This document shows positions 63,767 to 64,000 of a DNA stretch of 64,000 nucleotides, piece by piece. The notes under the pieces were generated by a model, which saw nothing but the letters and a program-made list of their open reading frames with translations, ran no database searches and was not told where the DNA came from. Within the stretch, counting starts at the first letter, position 1; every line of letters begins with the position of its first letter. This DNA is from Epithemia pelagica (taxonomy: Eukaryota; Protista; Bacillariophyta), in contig OX337228.1 in NCBI GenBank assembly GCA_946965045.2, positions 1,984,001 to 2,048,000 on the forward strand, in the 5' to 3' direction. A program made the translations under genes and the position numbers.

Positions 63767-64000
63767 AGTTGATGGTTACCGGTTCTGTCGGAACAATGTA
63801 TCATGCTTTGAGTACGAATACGTTCAAGCGATGAAAAGTAAACTACAAGTAATGTTTGTTCGTTTGACACAAGAGGAAGGTCCATCGTTGCATCTTTAGT
63901 CTTTAGGGAATCAGAAAATGTGGCCACTGCTCTACTCTAGAGACCTATCGGTACAGCTACTTTCACAGCTAGCTCGCTCTGTTGGAGTAGGTAGAGGGAT

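Overview
Gene-dense eukaryotic nuclear DNA, most likely from a diatom. The inference rests on short GT-AG introns, signal-peptide plus (A/S)F bipartite plastid-type presequences and a CoDi-like Ty1/copia element; the species cannot be identified from sequence alone. About 28 protein genes are present, many in head-to-head pairs: a GNAT-PhzF fusion, GH1, DRG1, a secreted Pro/Ser-rich protein, an SLC25 carrier, a Ulp/SENP protease, GH36, a SIRT2-like sirtuin, a syntaxin, AdoMetDC, DUF2061, ALG1, FNTB, CCT8, a VOC/glyoxalase-like protein, MRPL46, V-ATPase D, an HMG-box protein, NDUFB7, BRX1, TOM7, a LAMMER/CLK kinase and several orphans. An accessory island at 43.2-51.75 kb holds a 247-bp tandem duplication: one copy carries a 7.1-kb LTR retrotransposon and the other an 841-bp TIR element. 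Both sit just downstream of a tRNA 3' end. The top finding is that tRNA gene, tRNA-Leu(CAG) at 51581-51746 on the minus strand. It is split between the D arm and the anticodon arm by an 84-nt intron with every spliceosomal hallmark (GTAAGT donor, CTCAC branch motif, pyrimidine tract, TGCAG acceptor), and exact GT-AG removal restores a complete 82-nt cloverleaf. Other notable signals are a predicted spliced Pro-Ser-stop uORF upstream of AdoMetDC and a tRNA-like A-box/B-box module inside the retrotransposon leader.
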